In this document: positions 38,648 to 47,841 of the stretch, in pieces | Numbering within the stretch: position 1 is the stretch's first letter | How the letters are laid out: each line of letters starts with the position of its first letter | Source of the DNA: Kiritimatiellales bacterium | Lineage (GTDB): Bacteria > Verrucomicrobiota > Kiritimatiellia > UBA8416 > JAIOPI01 | Length of the DNA stretch: 47,841 nucleotides | Reading direction: 5' to 3' | Assembly (NCBI GenBank): GCA_945949405.1 | Contig: CAMFEP010000003.1 | Location: forward strand, 1 to 47,841 | Notes under the pieces: generated by a model | The model's database searches: none | The model's input: only the letters and a program-made list of their open reading frames with translations | Told to the model about the DNA's origin: nothing | Program-made: the position numbers and the translations under genes

Positions 38648-39822
38648 AAGTCGTCGTCGCGCAAAAAGGCAGTCGCGAACATTTTCTGGTGGCCCGCGCC
38701 CTGCACCGCCAGGACATGCTCGCGCAGCTTATCGTGGATTGGTACCCACCCGCCGGCCTGCTGGGCCGCTTTCTGCCAATGGCTTTTGGAAAGCCCTGCG
38801 AAGAACTACCCCGCGAAAAAATCGCCGCCATGAATACCCTCGGCCTGCAGTTCCGCTGGCGCCAACGCGCCGCCACACGCACCGGGAATCCGCATGCAGC
38901 CTTTCTCGCCACGGATGCCATGTTTGCCCGCCGCATCGCGGCCCGCCGCTTGCCGCCCCACGATGCATTTTTCGGCTATGCCTACGCCTCCCTCGAAGCC
39001 CTCGAAGCCGCCCGCGATCGCGGCACCCTCGCCGTCGTGGATCAAATCGACCCCGGCTTTCCAGAACAACAACTCGTCGAAGCCGAGGCGCGTGCCTGGC
39101 CACAACTCGCCCTGCCCAGCCCCCCGGTGCCCCCCGCCTATTTCGACCGTGCCCGCCGCGAGTGGCAGATCGCGGATATCATCGTCGTCAATTCCGAGTG
39201 GACCCGCGAACTTCTGCGCCAGGACGGCGCTCCCGATTCAAAAATCGCCGTCCTGCCGCTCGCTTATGAACCGCCAATTGCTCCCGCACCACGCCAGCAC
39301 GCAAACCGCCCCTTGCGCATCCTCTGGCTCGGATCCGTCTCGCTCCGCAAAGGCATTCAATATTTGATCGAAGCCGCCCGCCAACTCACGGATGCGCCCG
39401 TCGAGTTTCACATCGCCGGCCCCCTGCACATCCGCCACAAGGCCCTCGACACTGCCCCCGCCAACATGCGCTGGCTCGGTCATATTCCCGCCGCCAATGC
39501 CACCGCGCTCTACGCCGCGTCCGACCTCTTCGTGCTCCCCACGATCTCCGACGGCTTTGCCATCACCCAGCTCGAAGCCCTCGCCCACGGCCTGCCCGTC
39601 GTGGTCACGCCCAACTGCGCCCGCGTCGTGGAAGACGGCGCCACCGGTTTTGTCGTACCGCCTCGCGACCCCACCGCGCTCGCGGAAGCCCTGCTGCGTT
39701 TCGTGCGCGATCCTCAATTACTCGAAACCATGTCACCGCGCTGTATCCGCCGCGCCCGGGAATTTTCCATTGATCGATATTCCCGCCAACTCGCCACCCT
39801 GCTGCAGGAACGTATCCAATGA
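38644..39822 (+). CDS. GT4 glycosyltransferase
   Basis: G.VSLRKG; DLFVLPT.SDGF...LEALAHGLPV; overlaps the previous stop (ATGA). Confidence 0.9.
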   Translation: MKVVVAQKGSREHFLVARALHRQDMLAQLIVDWYPPAGLLGRFLPMAFGKPCEELPREKIAAMNTLGLQFRWRQRAATRTGNPHAAFLATDAMFARRIAARRLPPHDAFFGYAYASLEALEAARDRGTLAVVDQIDPGFPEQQLVEAEARAWPQLALPSPPVPPAYFDRARREWQIADIIVVNSEWTRELLRQDGAPDSKIAVLPLAYEPPIAPAPRQHANRPLRILWLGSVSLRKGIQYLIEAARQLTDAPVEFHIAGPLHIRHKALDTAPANMRWLGHIPAANATALYAASDLFVLPTISDGFAITQLEALAHGLPVVVTPNCARVVEDGATGFVVPPRDPTALAEALLRFVRDPQLLETMSPRCIRRAREFSIDRYSRQLATLLQERIQ

Positions 39823-39912
39823 AATATCCGCGTCAACTTTACACGGTAAAATCCCCGCCAACTGCCATCGGGAGGGGCGGCCGCCTGGCCGCCCTGTTCC
39901 AGGACTACACCC

Positions 39913-41103
39913 ATGCCTGATGTCCCCGCAAAAAATTGCGCCGTCCTCCACGTGGCCCTCAATCCCATCACCGGCCCCTGGAGCGTCATGCGCGAACTGG
40001 CCCTCGCTCAGGCCGCCTCGGGCCTCTATGCCGGTGTCGGTTTCGGCATCATTCACGATGCCGCCTGGCCATCCCTCTATCTCGATGAATTGCACAACAC
40101 CCAACTCCCCGCGTTCGAACGCACCACACCCAAACTCTTCGGCACCGCGTCCTTTCTGTGGCAGGTCTTCCGCCGCCCCGGCATCGAATCCTGGGTGGCC
40201 GCCTTCCGCCAACAGACCGGCGCCCAACGCGTCGTCGTGCATTTCCATAACGCATGGATGAGCGGCGTCTTTCTCCCCTTGCACACCACCACCGGCGCGG
40301 ACACTATATGCGTCGCCACCATTCACGGCGTCAATGCGCAGCTCGATGGCAAACCCCTCCGCCGCGCCGCCCACCGCTGGATGGCGCGGCGCCTGGCGCA
40401 TGCGCCAGCCCACCTGACCTCGGTCGACACCGCCAACCTCGCCCTCGCCGAATCCATGTTCGCCCTGCCTCCCGCGCGCTTCACGGTGATTGCCAACGGC
40501 GTCCCCGCCGCATCCCGCCCCGGCTGCCCCTTCGCCCACGGTGCCGCGGAGTTCACCCTCGGCCACGTCGGCAGCATCACGGAACGCAAAGGCTGGCGCC
40601 TCGCCGCCGAAGCCGCCGTGCGCGCCGCGTCCACCGGCCGCCGCGTCCGCGTCCTCATCGCCGGAATCGGCGATGAATCCGCTGACGCCACCGCCTACGC
40701 CACACAGCACCCCGCCGTCGTCACCTACCTCGGCCACCGCAACAACCCCCGCGAGTCCATCATGCCGGAACTCGATCTGCTCGCGGTCATGTCCGTGCAG
40801 GAGGGCCTCCCCATGTCGATCATCGAAGCCCAGTCCGCTGGCGTCCCCGTCGCCGCCACCAGCGTCGGCGGAATCCCCCATGCCGTGCGACCCGGCATCA
40901 GCGGCCACCTCGTCGAACGCTCCGTGGACGCCCTCTCCCACGTCATCTGCGATCTCTACGACCACCGCGAAACGCTCGCCGCCTTGAGCACCACCACCCT
41001 GGCCTTGTTCCGCAAAGAATTTGCCATCGATCACGTCGTTCGCCAGTATCACACCCTGTATATGCAGCCCAACCCCCTTTTCCCAATGTCCACGGCCCCA
41101 TGA
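39913..41103 (+). CDS. GT4 glycosyltransferase
   Basis: VIANGV; G.I.ERKG; EGLPMSIIEAQSAGVPV.AT.VGGI. Confidence 0.9.
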   Translation: MPDVPAKNCAVLHVALNPITGPWSVMRELALAQAASGLYAGVGFGIIHDAAWPSLYLDELHNTQLPAFERTTPKLFGTASFLWQVFRRPGIESWVAAFRQQTGAQRVVVHFHNAWMSGVFLPLHTTTGADTICVATIHGVNAQLDGKPLRRAAHRWMARRLAHAPAHLTSVDTANLALAESMFALPPARFTVIANGVPAASRPGCPFAHGAAEFTLGHVGSITERKGWRLAAEAAVRAASTGRRVRVLIAGIGDESADATAYATQHPAVVTYLGHRNNPRESIMPELDLLAVMSVQEGLPMSIIEAQSAGVPVAATSVGGIPHAVRPGISGHLVERSVDALSHVICDLYDHRETLAALSTTTLALFRKEFAIDHVVRQYHTLYMQPNPLFPMSTAP

Positions 41104-42125
41104 CGTCTATCCCCACCATCGGCATTTGCATCCCCACCCGCAACCAGGCCGGCACCCTGGCCGAAACGCTCCACTCCGCCTTCGCCCAAACCCGCGCGCC
41201 CATCGACGTGATCGTCTGCGACGACGCCGGCTCCGACGACACCCCCGCCGTGATCGACACGTTTCGCGCGCAATTGCCCGCCGATCAACGCGCCATCTTG
41301 CGCTATGTCCGCCACCCGCAAGCCCTCGGCATCGGTGGCAATTTCGATTTCGCCGTGCGCGCCGCACACGGCACCTATTGCGTGAAAGTCGATTCGGATG
41401 ATGTACTGGAACCCACGTACATTGAAACCCTCGCGGCGCTGCTCGACGCCCATCCCCAGGCGGGCTGGGCCCATTGCAACGTGCTGAACATCCATCCCGA
41501 TGGACGCCCCATCAGCCTCGCCCACAACCGCAAACGCTCCGGCTTCGCCCCGCCCCCGCAAGTGTTCCAGTCTTACCTGCATCACAACGACACCTGCCAT
41601 TGCGTCTTGATCCGCCGCGCCGCGTACGAAACCGCAGGCGGCTATCGCCCCGTCATGCGAACCTGCGAGGACTGGCTGCTCTGGCTGGAGATGTGCCTTG
41701 CCGGTTTTGGCAATGTCTATTGCGAACACCCGCTCGCCCGCATGCGCAAATACCACGACCGACAGGAACTCATGGCCCGCCGCCGGCTCGATTTTGTCGA
41801 CGCCGCCGCCCGCATGCTCGCCACCATGGAATCGTCCCTCACGGAAGCCCGCGCCCACACCCTCGGCGTGTCGCCCGCCTCCGCCATCACCACCCTGCGC
41901 AACAGCGTCGCCGGTCAGGTCCGCTATGCCGTCCTGCACGAGGCCGACCCCGCCGTGCGCACGCGCCTGCTGGACGCCATCATCCAGTTCGCGCCCACCC
42001 CGCGAAACCGGCTCTGGTGCCAGGCCGCCCGCCGTCTTCCCCCACCACTCATGCGCCTGCCCACGCAACTCGACGCCGCGGCGCGCCACGTCGCGCGCAA
42101 AACCCTGCAACTGTTTCGAGGATAA
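41100..42125 (+). CDS. GT2 glycosyltransferase
   Basis: ICIPTRN; VCDDAGSDDT; VDSDD; EDWLLW. Confidence 0.9.
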   Translation: MTSIPTIGICIPTRNQAGTLAETLHSAFAQTRAPIDVIVCDDAGSDDTPAVIDTFRAQLPADQRAILRYVRHPQALGIGGNFDFAVRAAHGTYCVKVDSDDVLEPTYIETLAALLDAHPQAGWAHCNVLNIHPDGRPISLAHNRKRSGFAPPPQVFQSYLHHNDTCHCVLIRRAAYETAGGYRPVMRTCEDWLLWLEMCLAGFGNVYCEHPLARMRKYHDRQELMARRRLDFVDAAARMLATMESSLTEARAHTLGVSPASAITTLRNSVAGQVRYAVLHEADPAVRTRLLDAIIQFAPTPRNRLWCQAARRLPPPLMRLPTQLDAAARHVARKTLQLFRG

Positions 42126-42131
42126 CACGCC

Positions 42132-43040
42132 ATGAATATTCCCGACCCAACGCGCTGCGCCATTCTCATCCCCACGCGCAACCGCCCCGGCATTTTACGC
42201 GACAGCCTCACGCGTATTCGCGAAGCCGGATTCGGCAACCTTTCTCTCTGGATCTATGACGATGTCTCGGATGACCCCGGCGCCATCGCCCGCGCCGCCA
42301 CCGAAGCCTGGCCCGGCGCCCATGTGATTCATGGAAAAGTCCACGCCGGCCAGGCGCACGGCCGTAACGTCCTGCTCCAGTCCTGCCAGTGCGAGTTCGC
42401 CATCATGCTCGATGACGATCAGTATTTTCTCGAATCCGGCCGCCTCCTCGAACACCTCGACCCCGCCCGCCGTGATCCGGCCTGCGCCGCCGTGTCCTTC
42501 CAATGCCGCGACAAGGCCGATGGCCGCCTGGATGTGCCCGCGCACATCACCGCCCGCCGCTGCGCCTCGTTCATGGGCGGCTGCGTCATGTTCCACGTCC
42601 CCAGCATTCTCGCCGTCGGTGGCTATCGCGAATTCTGGGGCTACGGCTACGAGGAACCGGAACTGACCACGCGCCTCTTCGCGCGCGGCTACCATGTCTG
42701 GTACGATCCCTCAGTCCTGATCGAGCACAACCATATCATCACCTCGGAAGCCCGGCGCAATGATGTGGAGTATGATTTTTTTTATGTGCGCAATGTCCTC
42801 CTGATGTCGTCCATGAACATGCCGCTGTGGTTTGGTTTGCCGCTGGGCCTGTACCGCGCCATCCGCCGCGCGCTGGCCATCCACCGCAATCCCCTCACCA
42901 AATTCAAGGCCATCTTGAGCGGCTTTTACCGCACGTTCCGCCACTGGCATGAGCGCACCCCCATGTCCACCCGCGAAGCCGTCACCTGGCTGCGCTTCAC
43001 CCGCGACTGGTTCCGGTTCCGCGCTGACACAGGAAATTAA
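42132..43040 (+). CDS. GT2 glycosyltransferase
   Basis: ILIPTRNR; YDD.SD; GRN; MLDDD; GGY...GYEE.EL..R. Confidence 0.9.
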   Translation: MNIPDPTRCAILIPTRNRPGILRDSLTRIREAGFGNLSLWIYDDVSDDPGAIARAATEAWPGAHVIHGKVHAGQAHGRNVLLQSCQCEFAIMLDDDQYFLESGRLLEHLDPARRDPACAAVSFQCRDKADGRLDVPAHITARRCASFMGGCVMFHVPSILAVGGYREFWGYGYEEPELTTRLFARGYHVWYDPSVLIEHNHIITSEARRNDVEYDFFYVRNVLLMSSMNMPLWFGLPLGLYRAIRRALAIHRNPLTKFKAILSGFYRTFRHWHERTPMSTREAVTWLRFTRDWFRFRADTGN

Positions 43041-43045
43041 TTCGC

Positions 43046-44509
43046 ATGTCTCTTCTCCCCAGCCAGCCCCCGCCCGCTCCCGCGCACGACCCCGTCCCGG
43101 ATTCCAATTTTTTCGACTGCCGCCTCACGCGCGGCGAGGGATGGATTCTCGTGTATACCCTCATCAGCGCCATGGCCCTGCAATGCGAGCCCGTGCTGAA
43201 ATCGGTCTTCGCCTATCCCTTGATCATTGCGATGGCGATTCTGGGCTGGCTCTCGCCGTTTTCCGGCATGTTCTACATCGCCTGCGCCCAAAGCCTGCCC
43301 TTCCCGGAACACGCCCCCTTCAACCCCGCGCAGCTCGGCGTACTGACCTGGCTGGTCGTCGCGCTGCTGCGTTACCGAGGCCTGCGCTTCCACGGCATCA
43401 AACATCTCTTGGTCTATCTGCCATTCTTGCTGTGGATGGAATTACTCTGGGATGACCCCATCCCGGTGTTTTCGCTCAAAAGCGAGTACGCCAAGGCCAT
43501 CATGTATATGGTGATCGCCTGCCAGCTCATCAATGAATCGAAGGGGCGCCATCTGAAAAGCCTGATGGGCCTCTGCCTCGGAGCCTTGATGGTGACCAAC
43601 GCCTACTGGGGCGCGGCCCTGGGCCTGCCCATTCAACTTTCCGACTGGGGCGGCGCGCGCCAGGAATTTACCCGCCTGGGCGGTGCCCGCGCGGATTCGA
43701 TCATGGTTTGGCCGCCCACCCTCATGGGCGCCTTCGGCATCGTCGGCATCGCCTTCAGCGTCCTGACCCGTGCCCCCTCGCGCCAGACCTCCGTGCTCAA
43801 GTGGCTGGCCTGCGCCGTCTTCCTGCTGTCGCTGCCACCCCTGCTGGGAACAATGTCGAACGCTGCCTACCTCGGCTGGAGCCTGATGCTGGGATGGACC
43901 CTCTGGCTGATGCACATCCTGCATATTCGCGGCCGCCTGCCCATCCAGTTGGCCCGCAACGTCGTGGGCGCCTTGCTGATGTTCGCCTGCGCCATGGTCA
44001 TCTGCTACCAGACCGACACCCTGAACATCCGCTCGCGCATGCACGCCCTGAAAATCACCTATGCGGAGCAAAGCGAAGAATTCGGCCTCGCCGCATCCCG
44101 CTCACTCGACTGGCAATACTCAATCAAATCCATCGCCAGCCATCCGGTCACAGGCCGCGCCTTCGCCGAGGATACCGAGGAGGCGCCCCCAGGCTACCTC
44201 CCCTCCATGCCCGGCGAACACATGGGCAATTTTTTTTCCCACAATGTCTTTCTTGATATCGGCCGCCAGACCGGACTCCCCGGCGCCGCCATGCTGCTGA
44301 TCTTTTTCTTTTACCCGCTCGTGCGGCTCTGGCGCCGCCGCCAGTTCGATCGCTACATGGCCTTCATGCTCGCCCATTTCGCCCTGACCCTCTTCTGGAT
44401 GGTCCTCTCATTCCCCTTCTATAAAACCTTCTGGGCCTTCTGGATTCTGGCCTGCATCGCCGGCGATCCCATCCCACCCCCCGCCCGCACCCTCCGCGCT
44501 GCATCCTGA
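43046..44509 (+). CDS. Putative Wzy polymerase (Wzy_C-like multi-pass membrane protein)
   Basis: Many TM segments; late loop R...W......I..HP.TG...SHNVFLD....GL.G; sits among glycosyltransferases. Confidence 0.72.
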   Translation: MSLLPSQPPPAPAHDPVPDSNFFDCRLTRGEGWILVYTLISAMALQCEPVLKSVFAYPLIIAMAILGWLSPFSGMFYIACAQSLPFPEHAPFNPAQLGVLTWLVVALLRYRGLRFHGIKHLLVYLPFLLWMELLWDDPIPVFSLKSEYAKAIMYMVIACQLINESKGRHLKSLMGLCLGALMVTNAYWGAALGLPIQLSDWGGARQEFTRLGGARADSIMVWPPTLMGAFGIVGIAFSVLTRAPSRQTSVLKWLACAVFLLSLPPLLGTMSNAAYLGWSLMLGWTLWLMHILHIRGRLPIQLARNVVGALLMFACAMVICYQTDTLNIRSRMHALKITYAEQSEEFGLAASRSLDWQYSIKSIASHPVTGRAFAEDTEEAPPGYLPSMPGEHMGNFFSHNVFLDIGRQTGLPGAAMLLIFFFYPLVRLWRRRQFDRYMAFMLAHFALTLFWMVLSFPFYKTFWAFWILACIAGDPIPPPARTLRAAS

Positions 44510-44511
44510 CC

Positions 44512-45711
44512 ATGCCTGCCATCGTTATTCTTTTTACGCGCTTCGGCCCCTACCACATGGCGCGCATCGCCGCCACTGCGCGCTTCGCCGCCGCCACGGG
44601 CGACGAAATCATCGGCATGGAAATCACCCGCACGGATCACGCCTACGCCTGGGGCCCCGTCGACGACACCCCCGCCTTCCGCCGCGTCACCCTTTTTCCC
44701 GACACCGGGTACGAATCGCTTTCGCCCGCGCAAATTACCGCCGCCCTGCAGCAGGCGCTCGACACCATCGCCCCCCGCGCCGTGGCCCTGCCCGGCTGGT
44801 CCTTCCCGGAATCCCTCGCCGGCCTCCGCTGGTGCCACCGCACGGGCGCCATCCCGATCCTGATGAGCGAAAGCGCGCGCGGCGACGCCTCACGCTCCAT
44901 CATGCGCGAATTCGTGAAGCGCTGCCTCGTCCGCCATTTCGCGGCCGCACTGGTTGGTGGAAGCCGGCACGCCGCCTACGCCGCCGCACTGGGCCTCGCC
45001 GCCTCTTCCATCCACCTCGGCTACGATGTCGTCGACAACGATTATTTTTCCGAGGGCGCAACCCAAGCCCGCGCCCAAGCCCCCGCCCTGCGCGCGCAAT
45101 ACCGCCTGCCGGAACGCTACATCCTCGCCTCCTGCCGCTTCATCCCTAAAAAAAATCTCGACCGCCTTCTCACCGCTTTTGCCGCCTTTCACGAAAAACC
45201 CGCCGCCGCCAACTGGCACCTCGTGCTCTGTGGTGATGGCGAACTGCGCCAATCTCTCGAACACCAGGCCGCCTCCCTCGGCATCGCCGCCTTCACGCAT
45301 TTCCCCGGCTTCACTTCCTATCGCGACTTGCCCATCTATTACGGCCTCGCCTCCCTCTTCGTCCACGCGAGCACCGTGGAGCAATGGGGCCTTGTGGTGA
45401 ACGAAGCCATGGCCGCCGCACTTCCCGTGCTCGTGTCGGAGCGCTGCGGCTGCGTGCCGGAATTGGTCCACAACGGAAAAAATGGATTCACCTTTAATCC
45501 GGAAAACATCGGGGACCTAACCGCACGCCTGACCCATATGACCACCTCGCCCGCCCATCTGTCCTCCATGGGCGCCGCCAGCCGCGACATCATCCGCCCC
45601 TGGTCCCCGGACCGCTTCGCCGCAGGCCTCATGGCCGCCCGCGACGCCGCCCGCCAAACCCCCGCCCGCCCCACCATCCTCGCCCGCACCGTGTTTTCCC
45701 TTGTGAAATAA
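44512..45711 (+). CDS. GT4 glycosyltransferase
   Basis: FGPYH.AR; RFIPKKN; EQWGLVVNEAMAAALPV.VS..CG. Confidence 0.92.
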   Translation: MPAIVILFTRFGPYHMARIAATARFAAATGDEIIGMEITRTDHAYAWGPVDDTPAFRRVTLFPDTGYESLSPAQITAALQQALDTIAPRAVALPGWSFPESLAGLRWCHRTGAIPILMSESARGDASRSIMREFVKRCLVRHFAAALVGGSRHAAYAAALGLAASSIHLGYDVVDNDYFSEGATQARAQAPALRAQYRLPERYILASCRFIPKKNLDRLLTAFAAFHEKPAAANWHLVLCGDGELRQSLEHQAASLGIAAFTHFPGFTSYRDLPIYYGLASLFVHASTVEQWGLVVNEAMAAALPVLVSERCGCVPELVHNGKNGFTFNPENIGDLTARLTHMTTSPAHLSSMGAASRDIIRPWSPDRFAAGLMAARDAARQTPARPTILARTVFSLVK

Positions 45712-45715
45712 CCAT

Positions 45716-46894
45716 ATGCACATCGCCACCATCACATCATCCATCTCTCGCAACGCCGGCGGACTCTTCCCCTTGATCCGCGGCCTCAACCATGCCCTGC
45801 TCTCACGCAACGTGCGCATCACCGTGCTCGGCCTCGAGGACGAGTTCACCGCCGCCGATGCGCCAGAATGGAAGCCCCTCGATCTGCGCACCTTCCCCGT
45901 ACACGGCCCGCGCGCCTTCGGTTACGCCCCCGACCTGCACCCCGCCCTCAACGCTCTCGCACCCGACCTCTCCCATGCCCACGGCCTGTGGATGTATCCC
46001 TCCGTCGTCAACAACGCCTGGGCCCAACGCACACGCCGCCCCTACCTGATTTCCCCGCAGGGCATGCTCGACCCCTGGGCCCTGCGCAACGCCGGCTGGA
46101 AAAAACGCATCGCCGGTGCCGCCTATGAAGACCGCCATCTGCGCAGCGCCGCCTGTCTCCACGCCGTCAGCGCCGCCGAAGCCGACGCCCTCCGCACCTA
46201 TGGTTTAAAAAATCCCATCTGCATCATCCCCAACGGCATCGATCTCCCACCACAAAATACCCCCACCCCCGCCGCCCCCTGGCCCGCCACATTTCAAAAC
46301 GGCCGCGCCGTGCTCCTCTTCCTCGGCCGCCTTCATCCGAAAAAAGGGCTCGTCCCCTTGCTGGATGCGTGGCACCAAATCATCCGCGACGATCCCCGCC
46401 ACGCGGATGCCTGGTGCCTCGCCATCGCCGGCTGGGATCAACTCAACCACCGCGCCGCCCTGGAACAACAAGCCACGCGCTTGAACCTCACCCGCCACAT
46501 CCATTTTTGCGGCCCGCTCCACGGCGACGCCAAAGATGCAGCCTTCCGCAACGCCTCGGCTTTCGTCCTGCCCTCGCACAGCGAAGGCATGCCCGCCGCC
46601 GTGCTGGAAGCCTGGTCCTACAACCTTCCCGTCATGATGACTCCCGCCTGCAATCTGCCCGAGGGATTTTCAGAACACGCCGCACTCTCCATCACGCCCG
46701 ACTCCACGGACATCGCGCGCGGCCTGTCTGAAGCATTCCGCCTCTCAACCGCCGACCGTGCCGCCATGGGCACCCGCGGCCGCACCCTCGTGGCCGATCG
46801 CTTCACGTGGGATTCGCTTGCCGCCCGCATGCACCGCGTTTATACATGGGCCGTGAACGGCGGAACCCCGCCCGCGGATGTTCGACTCAATTGA
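45716..46894 (+). CDS. GT4 glycosyltransferase
   Basis: HAHGLW; ISPQGMLDPWAL; FLGRLHPKKG; LPSHSEGMP..VLEAW. Confidence 0.92.
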   Translation: MHIATITSSISRNAGGLFPLIRGLNHALLSRNVRITVLGLEDEFTAADAPEWKPLDLRTFPVHGPRAFGYAPDLHPALNALAPDLSHAHGLWMYPSVVNNAWAQRTRRPYLISPQGMLDPWALRNAGWKKRIAGAAYEDRHLRSAACLHAVSAAEADALRTYGLKNPICIIPNGIDLPPQNTPTPAAPWPATFQNGRAVLLFLGRLHPKKGLVPLLDAWHQIIRDDPRHADAWCLAIAGWDQLNHRAALEQQATRLNLTRHIHFCGPLHGDAKDAAFRNASAFVLPSHSEGMPAAVLEAWSYNLPVMMTPACNLPEGFSEHAALSITPDSTDIARGLSEAFRLSTADRAAMGTRGRTLVADRFTWDSLAARMHRVYTWAVNGGTPPADVRLN

Positions 46895-46910
46895 TCGTTA
46901 TTTATCCGAG

Positions 46911-46936
46911 GTAGGGACGGCGCTCCGCGCCGTCCG
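46911..46936 (+). repeat. GTAG-type REP-like hairpin
   Basis: gtag-ggacggcgc-tcc-gcgccgtcc-g; similar GTAG hairpins at 12265, 14220 and 38597. Confidence 0.75.
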
Positions 46937-46967
46937 TCCGGCCGTCCGTCCCTCATTAGGTGTATAC

Positions 46968-47531
46968 ATGCCTCAATCACCAGCACAGCCCCCCTACCGA
47001 AGCGAATTGAGCACCGCCAACCGCATCGCGCGCACCCTCTGGGCCCTCGTCCGTGCCCTCGCCTTCCGCCCCACTCCAACGCTTTTTTATCCCTGGCGCA
47101 ATCTGCTCCTGCGCCTCTTCGGTGCCCACATCGCCCGCGGCGCGCGCGTCTATCCCTCCTGCCGCATCTGGGCACCTTGGAACCTGCGCATGGCGGATCA
47201 CAGTTGCCTCGGCCCCTTCGTGGACTGCTACAACGTCGCCCCCATCTCTCTCGGCGCCCACGCCATCGTCAGCCAGTACAGCCACCTCTGCGCCGCCACG
47301 CACGACCCGGATGACCCTGCCTTCCCCCTGCGCACCGCGCCCATTGCCATCGGCGCCCAAGCCTGGGTCTGCACCGATGTCTTTGTCGGCCCCGGCGTCA
47401 CCATCGCCGATGGCTGCGTCGTCGGCGCGCGCTCCAGTGTCTTCCGCGACCTCCCCGCCTGGACCATCTGCCACGGCTCCCCCGCCCGCCCGGTGCGCGA
47501 ACGACGCCGGCAGCCGGCGAACGCCGCATGA
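46968..47531 (+). CDS. WcaF-like hexapeptide-repeat acetyltransferase
   Basis: WR..LLRLFGA.I...RIWAPWNL...VSQYSHLCAATHD...VFVGPGVTI...VGARSSV...G.PA. Confidence 0.9.
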   Translation: MPQSPAQPPYRSELSTANRIARTLWALVRALAFRPTPTLFYPWRNLLLRLFGAHIARGARVYPSCRIWAPWNLRMADHSCLGPFVDCYNVAPISLGAHAIVSQYSHLCAATHDPDDPAFPLRTAPIAIGAQAWVCTDVFVGPGVTIADGCVVGARSSVFRDLPAWTICHGSPARPVRERRRQPANAA

Positions 47532-47841
47532 ACCTGCTCCTCCTCAACCAGTTTTACGCGCCGGACCCCGCCCCCACCGGCCAGTTCCTGCGCGACCTCG
47601 CCCAAACCCTCGTGGCCCGCGGGCACCACGTCGCCGTGATTTGCTCCTCCCGCGCCTACGAAGGCAACACCCACTACGCGCCCCGCGAAACCCTTGACGG
47701 CGTCGACGTACACCGCGTGAAAAACTCGCACTGGGGCCGCGCCACCGCCACGGGTCGCATCCTGGATTACCTTTCTTTCTTCGCCGCCGCCTCCGCCCGC
47801 GCCAGATCCCTCCGCCCCCGCCCTGATTTCACCCTCTCCCT
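47528..47841 (+). CDS. GT4 glycosyltransferase, WcaI/WbuB-like (5' part; runs off the window end)
   Basis: ATG 47528 reads MNLLLLNQFYAPDPAPTGQFLRDLAQTLVARGHHVAVICS...GRILDYLSF; not in the ORF track. Confidence 0.85.
   Translation, partial: MNLLLLNQFYAPDPAPTGQFLRDLAQTLVARGHHVAVICSSRAYEGNTHYAPRETLDGVDVHRVKNSHWGRATATGRILDYLSFFAAASARARSLRPRPDFTLS

Noticed and set aside
36917-47697. Many overlapping Pro/Arg/Ala-rich alternative-frame ORFs and long upstream extensions of the GT genes
   Set aside because: Expected from stop-codon scarcity at high GC; they overlap well-supported genes.

Overview
GC-rich bacterial window, probably PVC superphylum (inferred from gene content, a Verrucomicrobia-type C-terminal domain and repeat style). 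The left half is mostly housekeeping: dnaK-groES-groEL behind a sigma54-type promoter, a small accessory patch (caspase-family protein, VapBC, DUF4160/DUF2442), yebC-ruvC-ruvA-ruvB, a desaturase, MscS, DUF2961, rsmI, hflX, an exported MsrB, a secreted cupredoxin-like protein, a CPA2 antiporter and tRNA-His. The right half (22-47.8 kb) is a surface-polysaccharide locus. It holds a TPR-PgaB fusion whose catalytic motifs look degenerate, two paralogous small secreted proteins flanking a beta-barrel gene, Wza with a long insertion, Wzc with a ~600-aa coiled-coil/TPR tail after its Tyr cluster, two Wzy_C-family proteins, Wzx, eight glycosyltransferases and a WcaF-like acetyltransferase. Non-coding DNA carries many small repeat families (REP-like hairpins and 7/9/10-mer tandem inverted elements). 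These show two cases of one element nested in another, a strand bias, and recruitment into protein termini. No CRISPR array, integrase or transposase is visible. All calls come from motif recognition by eye; no searches were run.
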